Part shown: in pieces, positions 1 to 9,577 of the stretch
How the letters are laid out: each line of letters begins with the position of its first letter
How positions within the stretch are numbered: position 1 is the stretch's first letter
Source: an uncultured Gemmatimonadota bacterium
GTDB lineage: Bacteria; SM23-81; DAOVCL01
NCBI GenBank assembly: GCA_964626665.1
Contig: CAZVGK010000001.1
Location: 96,001 to 160,000, forward strand
Direction of reading: 5' to 3'
Length of the DNA: 64,000 bases
The notes under the pieces: model-generated
Databases searched by the model: none
The model's input: only the letters and a program-made list of their open reading frames with translations
Told to the model about the DNA's origin: nothing
Program-made: the position numbers and the translations under genes

Positions 1-633
1 CTCCGGTTAAACGACTTATATATTTTAGGGTCGTCTCCTGAGATATTGGTGAAGTTAACAAATGGTGTGGCAATAAGTAGACCTTTGGCAGGAACAAGAC
101 CCAGAGGCAGAACAGAAAAGGAAGATCGGTCTTTAGAGGTAGATCTTTTGAAGGACGAGAAAGAAGTGGCAGAACATATAATGCTTGTTGACCTTGCGAG
201 AAACGATATCGGTAGGGTATGTGAGTATGGTAGCGTAAGGGTAACAGAGCTTTTACAGATTGAAAGATATTCGAAGGTAATGCATATAGTTTCAAATGTT
301 GTTGGCAAATTGATGAAGGGCCGAGATGCCTTTGACCTTCTACGGGCGACGTTTCCAGCCGGAACGGTTTCCGGGGCACCCAAGGTAAGGGCAATGGAGA
401 TAATAGATGAGTTGGAGCCCTCAAAAAGAGGGGTTTATGCTGGTGCTATTGGGTATTTTTCCTTTTCTGGTAATATGGATATGTGTATTGCTATAAGGAC
501 AATTGTGGTAAAGGATGGGATAGGTTATATTCAGGCAGGTGCAGGTATTGTTGCTGATTCAGTACCGGAAAGAGAATATATGGAAACACTGAATAAAGCA
601 AGTGCATTAAAGAAGGCCATTGAGATAGTGTGA
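1..633 (+). CDS. trpE: Anthranilate synthase component I, C-terminal part (truncated at window start)
   Basis: Chorismate-binding motifs [48 protein letters not shown]; frame open to the left edge. Confidence 0.9.
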   Translation, partial: LRLNDLYILGSSPEILVKLTNGVAISRPLAGTRPRGRTEKEDRSLEVDLLKDEKEVAEHIMLVDLARNDIGRVCEYGSVRVTELLQIERYSKVMHIVSNVVGKLMKGRDAFDLLRATFPAGTVSGAPKVRAMEIIDELEPSKRGVYAGAIGYFSFSGNMDMCIAIRTIVVKDGIGYIQAGAGIVADSVPEREYMETLNKASALKKAIEIV

Positions 634-1202
634 TGATACTGGTGATCGATAATTACGATTCATTTGTTTATAATCTTGTTCAATATTTAGGTGAATTGGG
701 GCAAAAGCTTTTGGTTTACAGGAATGATGAGATTACCGTCAGGGATGTGAGAAAGATTAACCCCTCTTTTATAGTCGTTTCTCCTGGCCCTTGCACACCC
801 CAGGAGTCTGGAATCAGTCGGGAAATTATTTCCGCTTTTGCAGGGGAGATTCCCATACTCGGAGTCTGCCTGGGGCATCAATCGATTGGAGAGGTCTTTG
901 GGGGCCGGGTCATCAGGGCCAACGCTGTGGTTCACGGAAAGACATCGAAAATATATCATGATGGGAAAACTATTTTTCGTGGGATTAAAAGTCCTTTTAT
1001 TGCAACACGTTATCACTCACTCATTATTGAAAAAGAGAGTTCGCCTGACTGCCTTGAGATTAGTGCTAGAACAGAAGATGGAATTATCATGGGAATAAGA
1101 CATAAGATGTTTAATGTGGAAGGTGTCCAATTCCATCCGGAATCTGTATTAACAAAGGTAGGTAAACAAATATTGAAGAACTTTTTAAGAGGTGTAAAGT
1201 GA
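630..1202 (+). CDS. trpG: Anthranilate/aminodeoxychorismate synthase component II (glutamine amidotransferase)
   Basis: IDNYDSF, SPGP, GVCLGHQ, RYHSL and QFHPES motifs; overlaps the trpE stop. Confidence 0.92.
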   Translation: MMILVIDNYDSFVYNLVQYLGELGQKLLVYRNDEITVRDVRKINPSFIVVSPGPCTPQESGISREIISAFAGEIPILGVCLGHQSIGEVFGGRVIRANAVVHGKTSKIYHDGKTIFRGIKSPFIATRYHSLIIEKESSPDCLEISARTEDGIIMGIRHKMFNVEGVQFHPESVLTKVGKQILKNFLRGVK

Positions 1203-1591
1203 GAATTATCAACTCTTCAAAATTAGGAGAGAATTTTTTTAAAATATAAGGAATTGATCGATGTTTCTTTAGTCCGAAGGATAATCTTAGATGTAAAGAA
1301 CAACAGAGATAATGCGGTAATAGATTACACTTCAAAAAGCCCTCTGGTGACGGTGCAGATTCTCTGGCTTAATCCCCCTTAATTCACATTCCACCAGAGT
1401 ATAATCCTAACATATGCGGTGCAGATTCGTAGGCTTCGCTAACTTACAGTAAAACAGGCACTTATCATTGAAATATTGAGAGATATGGGAAAAATTGGAG
1501 AAGAAATAAACTGTGAAGATTATATGATTTTAAGAGTTCGTCTGTTGCACGAGGTACACCTTAAAACTATTTGCTATCCAAATAGAAAAGC

Positions 1592-1627
1592 TTGACTTTT
1601 TTTGATATCTGATATATTATATATCAG
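1592..1627 (+). promoter_or_regulatory. Sigma70-type promoter overlapped by a palindromic operator
   Basis: TTGACT (1592-1597), 17 bp, TATTAT (1615-1620); palindrome CTGATATA-TTA-TATATCAG at 1609-1627. Confidence 0.75.
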
Positions 1628-1640
1628 TTGGGAGGTAAAA

Positions 1641-2375
1641 ATGGATAATGAAAATGGGCTTTTGAATCTCAAATCGCTTAAACAGCAGGTTTACGAATAT
1701 TTAAGGAAACAGATGGGCAAAGGAAATATCCTTCCAGGCTCGGTTATAAATCTCAATAAGACTGCAAAGCAGCTTGGGATAAGCAAGACTCCTCTGAGGG
1801 AAGCCCTTATCCAGCTTGAGATGGATGAATTCGTCAGGATTCTACCAAGGAAAGGAATTGTTGTGAATGTTTTAACTCTCAGGGATATAAAGGATTTTTA
1901 CCAGCTCATAGGTTCTCTTGAAAGGTCGGCTGTGCTTTCTGCATTCGCAAAAATAGGAAGGGAAAAAATAGAAGAGATGGAGAAGCTCAATAGGAAAATG
2001 CAAGAGGCCATAGAAAACGGTGGTTTTGATATCTATTACCAGAAGAACTTAGAATTTCACAATACATATCTTAATCTTTGTCAGAACAAACACCTTGTTA
2101 AGATAGTAAATACCCTTAAGAAAAGACTTTACGATTTCCCGCGACAGAGGGGATATCTAAAAGAATGGGAAGAAGCTTCAATAAAGGAGCACGAGAAGTT
2201 TCTAAATTTCTTAAAAGAAAATAACCCCAGGTTAGCAGCAGACTATATCAGGGATGTCCACTGGTTCTTTGAAGTCCAGAAAAAGTTCATTAAGAAGTAT
2301 TATCCTCTAAAGGAATATCAGAAAAGATTAGAGGAAACCCTTGGGGAAAGATATACGAAGGAAGCCGTTGATTAA
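1641..2375 (+). CDS. GntR-family (FCD) transcriptional regulator
   Basis: wHTH LGISKTPLREAL...PRKG and C-terminal FCD-like NLEFH...EH; GGAGG RBS before ATG 1641. Confidence 0.9.
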   Translation: MDNENGLLNLKSLKQQVYEYLRKQMGKGNILPGSVINLNKTAKQLGISKTPLREALIQLEMDEFVRILPRKGIVVNVLTLRDIKDFYQLIGSLERSAVLSAFAKIGREKIEEMEKLNRKMQEAIENGGFDIYYQKNLEFHNTYLNLCQNKHLVKIVNTLKKRLYDFPRQRGYLKEWEEASIKEHEKFLNFLKENNPRLAADYIRDVHWFFEVQKKFIKKYYPLKEYQKRLEETLGERYTKEAVD

Positions 2376-3270
2376 AGGTATGATATTTGATATAAAAAGA
2401 TATGCCATCCACGATGGGCCTGGAATAAGAACGACAATATTTTTTAAAGGCTGTCCTCTAAGATGCCCATGGTGCCACAACCCGGAGGGTGTAAAAAAAG
2501 AGCAGGAAATTATGTTGTGGCAGGACAGATGCACAAAATGCGGTGATTGTGTCCCCGTGTGTCCTTACAGGGCAATTTCCATAGACAGAAATCTTTCCAT
2601 TGATTGGGGAAAATGTGACCTCTGCGGGGAATGTATAAAAGTATGCCATCCAAAGGCAATAGAAATGGTGGGAAGAGAAATTTCCGTTGAAGAGGTGGTG
2701 AGGGAAATAGAAAAGGACATAGTTTTCTACGATGAATCAGGTGGAGGAGCAACTTTCTCAGGGGGAGAGCCGTTCTTCCAGCCGAAATTTCTTGAGGCCC
2801 TTCTAAAAGAATGCAAGAAAAGATACATAAACACGGCAGTTGATACCTCAGGCTATGTTAGCAAGGAAATTCTCTCAGGGCTAAGCGACTATATTGACCT
2901 TTTCCTCTATGATTTAAAGATAATGGACAGTGAAAAGCACAGTAAATACACAGGGGTACCAAACGAATTGATTCTTGAAAATTTGAGGGAGCTTTTGAAA
3001 AGGGGAAAAAGAGTAAATGTTCGCCTTCCCCTTATTCCAAAAGTAAATGGTGATAGAAAGGGTATAGAGAAAACAGGTGAGTTCCTCGCATCTCTTCCTA
3101 ACCTAAAAGGTGTAAATCTTCTTCCTTATCACAATACCTGGGTCAATAAATTTAAGAGACTCTCAAGGGAGTGGAAACCATATATAACTCCTCCTCTATC
3201 CCGGGAAAAGGTGGAGGAAGTGAAATCAAGACTTGAGAAATATGGGTTGGAAATAAAAATAGGAGGGTAA
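2368..3270 (+). CDS. Glycyl-radical enzyme activating enzyme (radical SAM with ferredoxin insert)
   Basis: HDGPGIRT, GCPLRCPWCHNPE, two CxxCxxCxxxC motifs, SGGEP; start uncertain (TTG 2368 or ATG 2380). Confidence 0.95.
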   Translation: MIKGMIFDIKRYAIHDGPGIRTTIFFKGCPLRCPWCHNPEGVKKEQEIMLWQDRCTKCGDCVPVCPYRAISIDRNLSIDWGKCDLCGECIKVCHPKAIEMVGREISVEEVVREIEKDIVFYDESGGGATFSGGEPFFQPKFLEALLKECKKRYINTAVDTSGYVSKEILSGLSDYIDLFLYDLKIMDSEKHSKYTGVPNELILENLRELLKRGKRVNVRLPLIPKVNGDRKGIEKTGEFLASLPNLKGVNLLPYHNTWVNKFKRLSREWKPYITPPLSREKVEEVKSRLEKYGLEIKIGG

Positions 3271-3271
3271 A

Positions 3272-5635
3272 ATGACTGAGAGGGTAAAAAAATTAAGGCA
3301 AAAAAGCGTAAACACGGAACCCTATGTTTCATCGGAAAGGGCTGAGCTTCTGACAGAATTTTACAGGTCTGGTGTGCCGCACAGGGTGGCGACCCCGATT
3401 ACCCGTGCCTTAGCGCTTAAATACATAATGGAGCACAAGAAGATTTCCATAGATGAAGGGGAGCTAATAGTTGGAGAGAGGGGACCTGCTCCAAGGTCAA
3501 CTCCGACATATCCTGAACTCTGCACCCATACTCTAAAGGACTTTGAGGTAATGAGCAGCAGAGATAAGACAAGGTTCCAGGTTTCAGATGAGGTGAAGAA
3601 GGTTTACAGAGAGAAAATAATTCTGTTCTGGGAGGGAAAAACTATGAGGGAAAGGGTCTTTGGAACTATGTCAAAGGAATGGCACGATACTTTTGAAGCA
3701 GGAGTTTTTACAGAGTTTATGGAGCAGCGAGCACCTGGACATGCAATATTGGATGACAAGATTTACCATAAGGGTATGGAAGATTTCAAGGGAAAAATAG
3801 ATGAAAGGATAACACAACTGGATTATTTCAATGACCCTGATGCATATAAAAAGGAACAGGAGCTTAAAGCTATGAAAATTGCGGCAGACGCCATCACAAT
3901 CCTTGCAGGCAGATACTCAAAGCTTGCAAAGCAGCTCGCAGAGAAGGAGAAAAATCCTCAGAGGAAAAATGAACTTGAAAAAATTGCCGGGGTTTGCTCT
4001 TATGTCCCCACCCATGCCCCAAGGGATTTCTGGGAAGCTCTCCAGATGTACTGGTTCATCCACCTTGGGGTTATAACTGAGCTGAATGTATGGGATTCGT
4101 TTAATCCGGGCCGCATTGACCTTAACCTTTATCTTTTTTACAAAAAGGACATTGAGGAAGGAAAACTCTCAGGGGATTTTGCAAAGGAACTCCTTGAATG
4201 CTTCTGGATAAAATTCAACAACCAGCCAGCTCCTCCTAAAGTAGGTGTAACAGAGGAACAAAGTGCAACCTATCAGGATTTTTCTCTTATAAATGTTGGG
4301 GGACTCAAAAAGGATGGTTCAAATGCTGTAAACGAACTTTCATATCTCACGCTTGATGTCCTTGAAGAAATGGAAATAATGATGCCGAGCGTATGCGTTC
4401 AGCTCAGCAAGAAAAACCCTGATGCTTTTCTGAAAAGGGCAATTAAGGTTGTAAAGAAAGGTTTCGGCCAGCCATCCTTCTTCAATACAGATGCCATAAT
4501 CATGGAATTTCTGAGACAGGGAAAAAGCATTGAAGATGCAAGACTTGGAGGACCAAGCGGATGCGTAACAATAAGTGCCTTTGGAAAGGAAAGCTGCACC
4601 CTCACAGGGTATATGAACTGGCCCAAGATACTGGAGATTACACTAAACAATGGTATAGACCCTCGTACAGGGAAAAAGGTGGGGATAGAAACTGGGAAAC
4701 CAGAGAACTTCAAGAGCTTTGAGGATCTTATGGAAACTTACAGAAAACAGCTAAAATACTTTGTGGATATAAAGATCAAGGGAAACAGCATAATAGAAAG
4801 GCTCTATGCCCAATATATGCCAGCTCCTTTCATGTCCCTTCTCATGGATGATTGCATAAAAAAGGGAAGAGACTATCACGATGGAGGACCCAGATATAAT
4901 ACAACATACATCCAGGGAGTCGGAATGGGAACTATTACAGACTCCTTATCCGCTATAAAATACCATGTGTATGATAAGAGAAACCTTGAAATGAATGAAC
5001 TTCTGAAAGCTCTGAGGAAGAATTTTGAGGATAACGAAAAGATAAGACAGATGCTGTGGAACGAAGCTCCAAAATACGGGAATGACGATGATTACGCGGA
5101 TAAGATTGCAAAGGAAATTTTTGAAGCCTATTTCAAAGTTTTAGATGGAAGACCCAACACAAAAGGTGGAAAATACAGGGTAAATCTCCTTCCAACAACT
5201 GTCCACATATACTTCGGAAAAGTCACAGGTGCAACCCCCAATGGAAGGAAAGCAGGTGAGCCTTTATCCGATGGTGTTTCCCCAACTCAGGGTGCTGATA
5301 AATATGGTCCAACAGCAGCGGTAAAGTCCGTCGCAAAATTTGACCATATAAGAACAGGAGGAACTCTCCTCAATCAGAAATTTATGCCCAAGCTCCTTGA
5401 AGATGATGAGGGTATTGACAAACTTGCCTATTTAGTGAGAACCTATTTCAGGTATGACGGGCACCATATTCAATTCAATGTTATCAGCGCAAAAACCCTC
5501 AGGGAAGCCCAGAAATACCCTGAAAAATACAAAAACCTCATAGTGAGGGTTGCAGGTTACAGCGATTACTTCGTTAATCTCGGCAGTGACCTTCAGAATG
5601 AAATAATCGCAAGAACAGAGCATGAAAATTTTTAA
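3272..5635 (+). CDS. Glycyl radical enzyme, HypD (trans-4-hydroxy-L-proline dehydratase)-like, variant active site
   Basis: RVAGYS glycyl loop; HypD-like segments EQRAPGH, WDSFNPGR, SATYQDF, LTGYMN, LPTTVHIYFG; Cys loop reads SGCVT, not SGCVE. Confidence 0.9.
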   Translation: MTERVKKLRQKSVNTEPYVSSERAELLTEFYRSGVPHRVATPITRALALKYIMEHKKISIDEGELIVGERGPAPRSTPTYPELCTHTLKDFEVMSSRDKTRFQVSDEVKKVYREKIILFWEGKTMRERVFGTMSKEWHDTFEAGVFTEFMEQRAPGHAILDDKIYHKGMEDFKGKIDERITQLDYFNDPDAYKKEQELKAMKIAADAITILAGRYSKLAKQLAEKEKNPQRKNELEKIAGVCSYVPTHAPRDFWEALQMYWFIHLGVITELNVWDSFNPGRIDLNLYLFYKKDIEEGKLSGDFAKELLECFWIKFNNQPAPPKVGVTEEQSATYQDFSLINVGGLKKDGSNAVNELSYLTLDVLEEMEIMMPSVCVQLSKKNPDAFLKRAIKVVKKGFGQPSFFNTDAIIMEFLRQGKSIEDARLGGPSGCVTISAFGKESCTLTGYMNWPKILEITLNNGIDPRTGKKVGIETGKPENFKSFEDLMETYRKQLKYFVDIKIKGNSIIERLYAQYMPAPFMSLLMDDCIKKGRDYHDGGPRYNTTYIQGVGMGTITDSLSAIKYHVYDKRNLEMNELLKALRKNFEDNEKIRQMLWNEAPKYGNDDDYADKIAKEIFEAYFKVLDGRPNTKGGKYRVNLLPTTVHIYFGKVTGATPNGRKAGEPLSDGVSPTQGADKYGPTAAVKSVAKFDHIRTGGTLLNQKFMPKLLEDDEGIDKLAYLVRTYFRYDGHHIQFNVISAKTLREAQKYPEKYKNLIVRVAGYSDYFVNLGSDLQNEIIARTEHENF

Positions 5636-5686
5636 AAAAGGAGATATAAATTTTCAAAACTGAAATTTATGTGAAAAGGAGGAAAA

Positions 5687-6880
5687 ATGAGAGCAAAATT
5701 CGATTGGAAACCTCCAGAAGATTGGCCTGTGATTTTCACAATAGATGCGCATGCAGGAGGAGAACCTCTGAGGATAATTGTAGGAGGGCTCCCCAAAATT
5801 CCTGGGAAAACAATACTTGAAAAGAGAAGGTATGCCATGGAGAACCTGGACTACCTGAGGAAAGGACTTATGGGGGAACCGAGAGAACATGCAGATATGT
5901 ATGGAGCAATAATCACAGAACCAGTTTCATCAGAAGCAGATCTAGGAGTGCTTTTCCTTCACAATGAGGGATTTAGCACGATGTGTGGCCATGGAATTAT
6001 AGGGCTCACCACAGTGTTGCTTGAGACAGGGATACTACCCATGGAAGCTCCTGAAACAGTGCTCAAAATAGATGCACCTGCAGGGCTTATTACTGCCCAT
6101 GCAAGGATAAAAGGAAATAGGGTGAAAAGTGTCTATTTCCACAACGTTCCGTCTTTTGTCCTTGTTCTTGATGAAACTCTAAATGTTCCAGGAATCGGTA
6201 AGGTTAAATACGACATTGCCTTTGGCGGTGCATTTTATGCCTTTATAAATGCGGAAGAAATAGGTCTTTCCTGTAATCCCGAAAATTACAGGGAGCTTAT
6301 AGCGAAAGGAACAGCAATAAAAAAAGCGGTTATGAAAACAAGACCAATAAACCACCCATTTGATAAAGATTTAAGTTTTCTATACGGTACAATCTTTATT
6401 TGCCCGGCAGAAAAAAAATCCCACAGTAGAAATGTCTGCATATGAATATAAAGTCAACTCTTCCCATAAGGAGTTAATCCTATTATCTTGAAAGGGTTCT
6501 GAGACATTGAAGAGCGAAAGCACTTGTAGTCCCTGGAACTCATATAGAATTTAGGAAAAGTGTGTTGAGATTGAGAGTCAACCTTATATTCATATGTCTG
6601 CATATTTGCAGGGGGCGAAGTTGACAGGAGTCCAACGGGGACAGGTGTAAGTGCCAGGCTCGCTCTGAATTACGCAAGGGGAGAAATAAGTATTGAGCAG
6701 CCAATAGTGATTGAAAGCATTATTGGGACGAAATTTACAGGAAAGGTGGTGAGAGCTATAAAATTCGGACCATATAATGCAGTTATACCTGAGGTTGAAG
6801 GGAGCGCCCATATCGTGGGAAAGAACCAGTGGATTTTCGACCCCGAAGACCCTCTACAATTCGGATTTTTCCTGAGATGA
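5687..6880 (+). pseudogene. Proline racemase family, Cys/Thr type (trans-3-hydroxy-L-proline dehydratase-like), interrupted by a 162-bp insertion
   Basis: IDAHAGGEPLR and STMCGHG in the 5' half; after the insertion the frame resumes FAGGEVDRSPTGTGVSAR...DPLQFGFFLR* (TGA 6878-6880). Confidence 0.9.
6442..6593. mobile_element. Non-autonomous MITE-like insertion with terminal inverted repeats and target duplication
   Basis: Ends ATGAATATAAAGTCAACTCT and AGAGTCAACCTTATATTCAT are imperfect inverted repeats; ATGTCTGCAT duplicated at 6432-6441 and 6594-6603. Confidence 0.85.
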
Positions 6881-7310
6881 ACTATAGGAAAATAAGATTT
6901 CTTTCTGCCCGGGATGTGAAAAGTTCTCTCTTCATGAAGGAAGCAATAGATGTAGTGGAAAAAACCTTTCTGCAGCTTTCAATGGGGAAGGCCACAGTCA
7001 CACAGCGCACAATTATGGAAATTTCGGGAGAGATTATTTTAAGAGCAAAGACAGTTATTGACCATAGGGAATCCTGTCTTGCCGAAGCTGGCGATCTCAT
7101 AATTCCTATGGAAGAAAGGCTTATAGACGAAAACCATATATGTGCAGAAATAGGTGAAATAATAGCTGGACAAAAGCCTGGAAGGGAAAACTCGGAAGAG
7201 GTGACATTTTCAAATCAGTTAGGAACGCTGTTCAGAATCTTGCAGCATCGAGTAAAGCTCTTGAAAATGCCGAAAATCTGAATCTGGGAATTGAAATTTC
7301 CCTGTTTTGA
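6877..7310 (+). pseudogene. Ornithine cyclodeaminase/mu-crystallin family (Pyr2C reductase-like) remnant
   Basis: N-terminal ~45 aa (IRFLSARDV..MKEAIDVVE) fused directly to the C-terminal EAGDL..EIGEIIAGQKPGR; frameshift before FKSVRNAVQNLAA. Confidence 0.8.
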
Positions 7311-7329
7311 GTCCTGAAAAGAGCAAAAT

Positions 7330-8234
7330 ATGGAAGATATAAGAACAAGAACTATAAAATCAGACCTTTTATTACTGCTCACGGCAGCCATCTGGGGCTT
7401 TGCCTTTGTTGCCCAGAGGGCAGGAATGAAATATGTGGGTCCCTTCACATTCAATGGAGTGCGCTTTGCTCTGGGAAGCCTGATCCTTATCCCATTACTT
7501 TTAATAAGAAAACCTCCAGTTCGGACAGCGAAACAAGGACTGGCTCTTCCTGGATTCCTTGCAGGCACTGCAATCTTCCTTGGCGCTTCTTTGCAACAAG
7601 TAGGCTTAATTTACACCACAGCAGGAAAAGCAGGCTTTATTACAGGATTGTATGTGATAATCGTTCCTATCCTTGGCCTTATAGGAGGAAAAGATCAGGG
7701 ACAGGAGTCTGGATTGGAGCACTCCTCGCAGTTGTTGGTCTCTATTTTCTCAGCATAAGAGCCAATTTTTCCATGGTAAAAGGAGATCTTCTGGTCCTTA
7801 CAGGGGCCTTTTTCTGGGCAGTACATGTTCATCTTATAGGAAAATTTTCCCCAAGAGTTGACACAATAAAGCTGGCATTTCTTCAGTTTGTAACTTGCTC
7901 TGGACTTAGCTTTATAGTGGCCATTCTTGTTGAAAAAATTAATCTGGCACAAATACTGGCTGCCTGGATTCCAATTATTTACGCAGGAATCTTCTCCTCA
8001 GGGATTGCCTACACACTTCAGGTAGTTGCGCAGAAGGAAGCACACCCATCCCATGCAGCTATAATCCTCAGTCTTGAGGCAGTCTTTGCCGTTATTGGTG
8101 GATGGATGATTTTAGGTGAGAGGCTCTCTGCAAGGGAGGTTTTGGGTTGTGTCCTTATGCTTGCAGGGATGATAATCTCCCAGCTCTATCTTTCTTACCT
8201 TCAAAGGAAAACAAAGAAGACGGTGGTTTTGTGA
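7330..8234 (+). pseudogene. DMT/EamA transporter, frameshifted near 7685
   Basis: AIWGFAFVAQ..GPFTFNGVRF..TTAGKAGFITGLY in ORF 1; second frame GTGVWIGALLAVVGLYFL runs into ORF 7773-8234 with the second EamA repeat. Confidence 0.8.
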
Positions 8235-8480
8235 AAGTAACTTTAAAGGAAGAGCCTTTAAAGCATATCATGGCAGGTCAATGGGGTCAGGCTGAAAAAT
8301 AGAAATTAAGGAGATAGAGGAGGGCAACCCGAAAGTGCTTGGCAGTTTCTGCCCCACCGTCCCCTGTTTCCGATAATTGTTATTTAAAGGTTTGGCCACG
8401 ATCCCTCCACAAAGGTAAGCAGGACAGCCTCGATGATGGCAAAAAGCTAGAACTGACCTCTTACTGCTCAACCGAACTGT

Positions 8481-8744
8481 TCAACTCCTGTATATCTCTT
8501 TCCGGTGTCGGACGGTATAGAGAATAATTTGGTCGCCCTCAATGTCGTACCTGATGCGGTAGGGCCAGGCCACCCAACGCCATCTGGCAAAGGGTTTGGC
8601 TTTTAGTTTTCGCCCTTGATAAGGGTCCTTGAGCAGGGAATCTAAGGCCCGGTCCACCTTTTTCCGATCATTGGGGGCGACCTTCTTTTTTAGATCTCTC
8701 AAGAAAGTGTCTGTGGGAACCAGCTTAAATTTGGCTTTAAGCAT
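8481..8744 (-). CDS. RelE/ParE-family toxin
   Basis: 87 aa basic protein, DPYQGRKLK...YRIRY...VRHRKEIY. Confidence 0.85.
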   Translation of the reverse strand: MLKAKFKLVPTDTFLRDLKKKVAPNDRKKVDRALDSLLKDPYQGRKLKAKPFARWRWVAWPYRIRYDIEGDQIILYTVRHRKEIYRS

Positions 8745-8747
8745 CTC

Positions 8748-9044
8748 TTAGGTATGTAAGATCTTTTTAATCTCCTCTGCTGTCCCCACTTTACCTTGTT
8801 CAAATTCCAGCCTTGCTTTTTCTAAGTCTTTTTGAAACTTAGAGTCTAACTCCTCAGCCATGGTATCAACCATATCCAGTAAATTCTCGTAATCTTCCAC
8901 AGCTAACATAACCGCCGCAGGTTTTTCCAGTTTGGTAATCAAATAAGGTTGATGACCATAACTTACTGTATCCAGAATTTCTCCTAAGTTGTTGCGTGCT
9001 TTTTTAGCACTAACAGTTTTGGGGGTTTTAAACATAGGTTTCAA
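8748..9044 (-). CDS. Phd/YefM-family antitoxin
   Basis: VSAKKARNNLGEILD...YLITK...PAAVMLAVEDYE; directly upstream of the toxin. Confidence 0.85.
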   Translation of the reverse strand: MKPMFKTPKTVSAKKARNNLGEILDTVSYGHQPYLITKLEKPAAVMLAVEDYENLLDMVDTMAEELDSKFQKDLEKARLEFEQGKVGTAEEIKKILHT

Positions 9045-9084
9045 TTTAATCCTCCTTGCTTAGGTGTGGAGTTTACCTACTTTC

Positions 9085-9113
9085 AAGATATAAAATATTC
9101 CCCAGGGTGTCAA
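9085..9113 (-). promoter_or_regulatory. Sigma70-type promoter of the TA operon
   Basis: Minus strand TTGACA-N17-TATCTT; short palindrome TAGGT..ACCTA at 9061-9079 could be the operator. Confidence 0.6.
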
Positions 9114-9212
9114 GGATTTTCAAACAAAAAAATATGGAAGTTCATCTGGTTCACCTCTAATTTCGTTGATGGCATAAATCATTTATTTTCAGAAGGTTTT
9201 TGTCAGGCTATA

Positions 9213-9252
9213 AAATAGCAACCTCCCGCAGATTTGACATCTGCGGGAGGTT
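9213..9252. repeat. Palindromic REP-like element, copy 1
   Basis: AAATAGC-AACCTCCCGCAGAT-ttgac-ATCTGCGGGAGGTT; second copy at 26301-26340. Confidence 0.85.
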
Positions 9253-9294
9253 TAACATTCTTGCTCAGCTTGATAGTATAGGCAATTCCATTTT

Positions 9295-9550
9295 GAACGC
9301 AGATTTTGCATGTCATTGCGAGCGCGGCGAAGCAATGTCTCATTTAGTGTCATTGCGAACGAAGTGAAGCAATCTCCAAGGGATTGCTTCATCCCGATTT
9401 CATCGGGATTCGCAACGACTTCGTCGGATTGCTTCGGCCAGTTCCCTCGTTCACACTCGGGACAAGCCTCGCAATGACACTTGAGATATCAATATGCAAA
9501 TTATAATGTGTCCCTGAGTAATCCTAAAGATCTGCGTTAATCTGCGTCCC
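9295..9550. repeat. Nested REP-like palindrome cluster (GTCATTGCGA...GAAGCAAT / GATTGCTTC...CGCAATGAC inside ACGCAGAT...ATCTGCGT)
   Basis: Two forward and two reverse arms visible; same family at 37362-37543. Confidence 0.75.
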
Positions 9551-9577
9551 ATAAAGTCCGCTCGCAGGAAGCTAAGT

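Noticed and set aside
6443-6445. TGA read-through (selenocysteine) or an intron explaining the split racemase gene, since the insertion is a multiple of 3
   Set aside because: An in-frame TAA follows two codons later, and the insert has TIR/TSD hallmarks and is too short for a self-splicing intron
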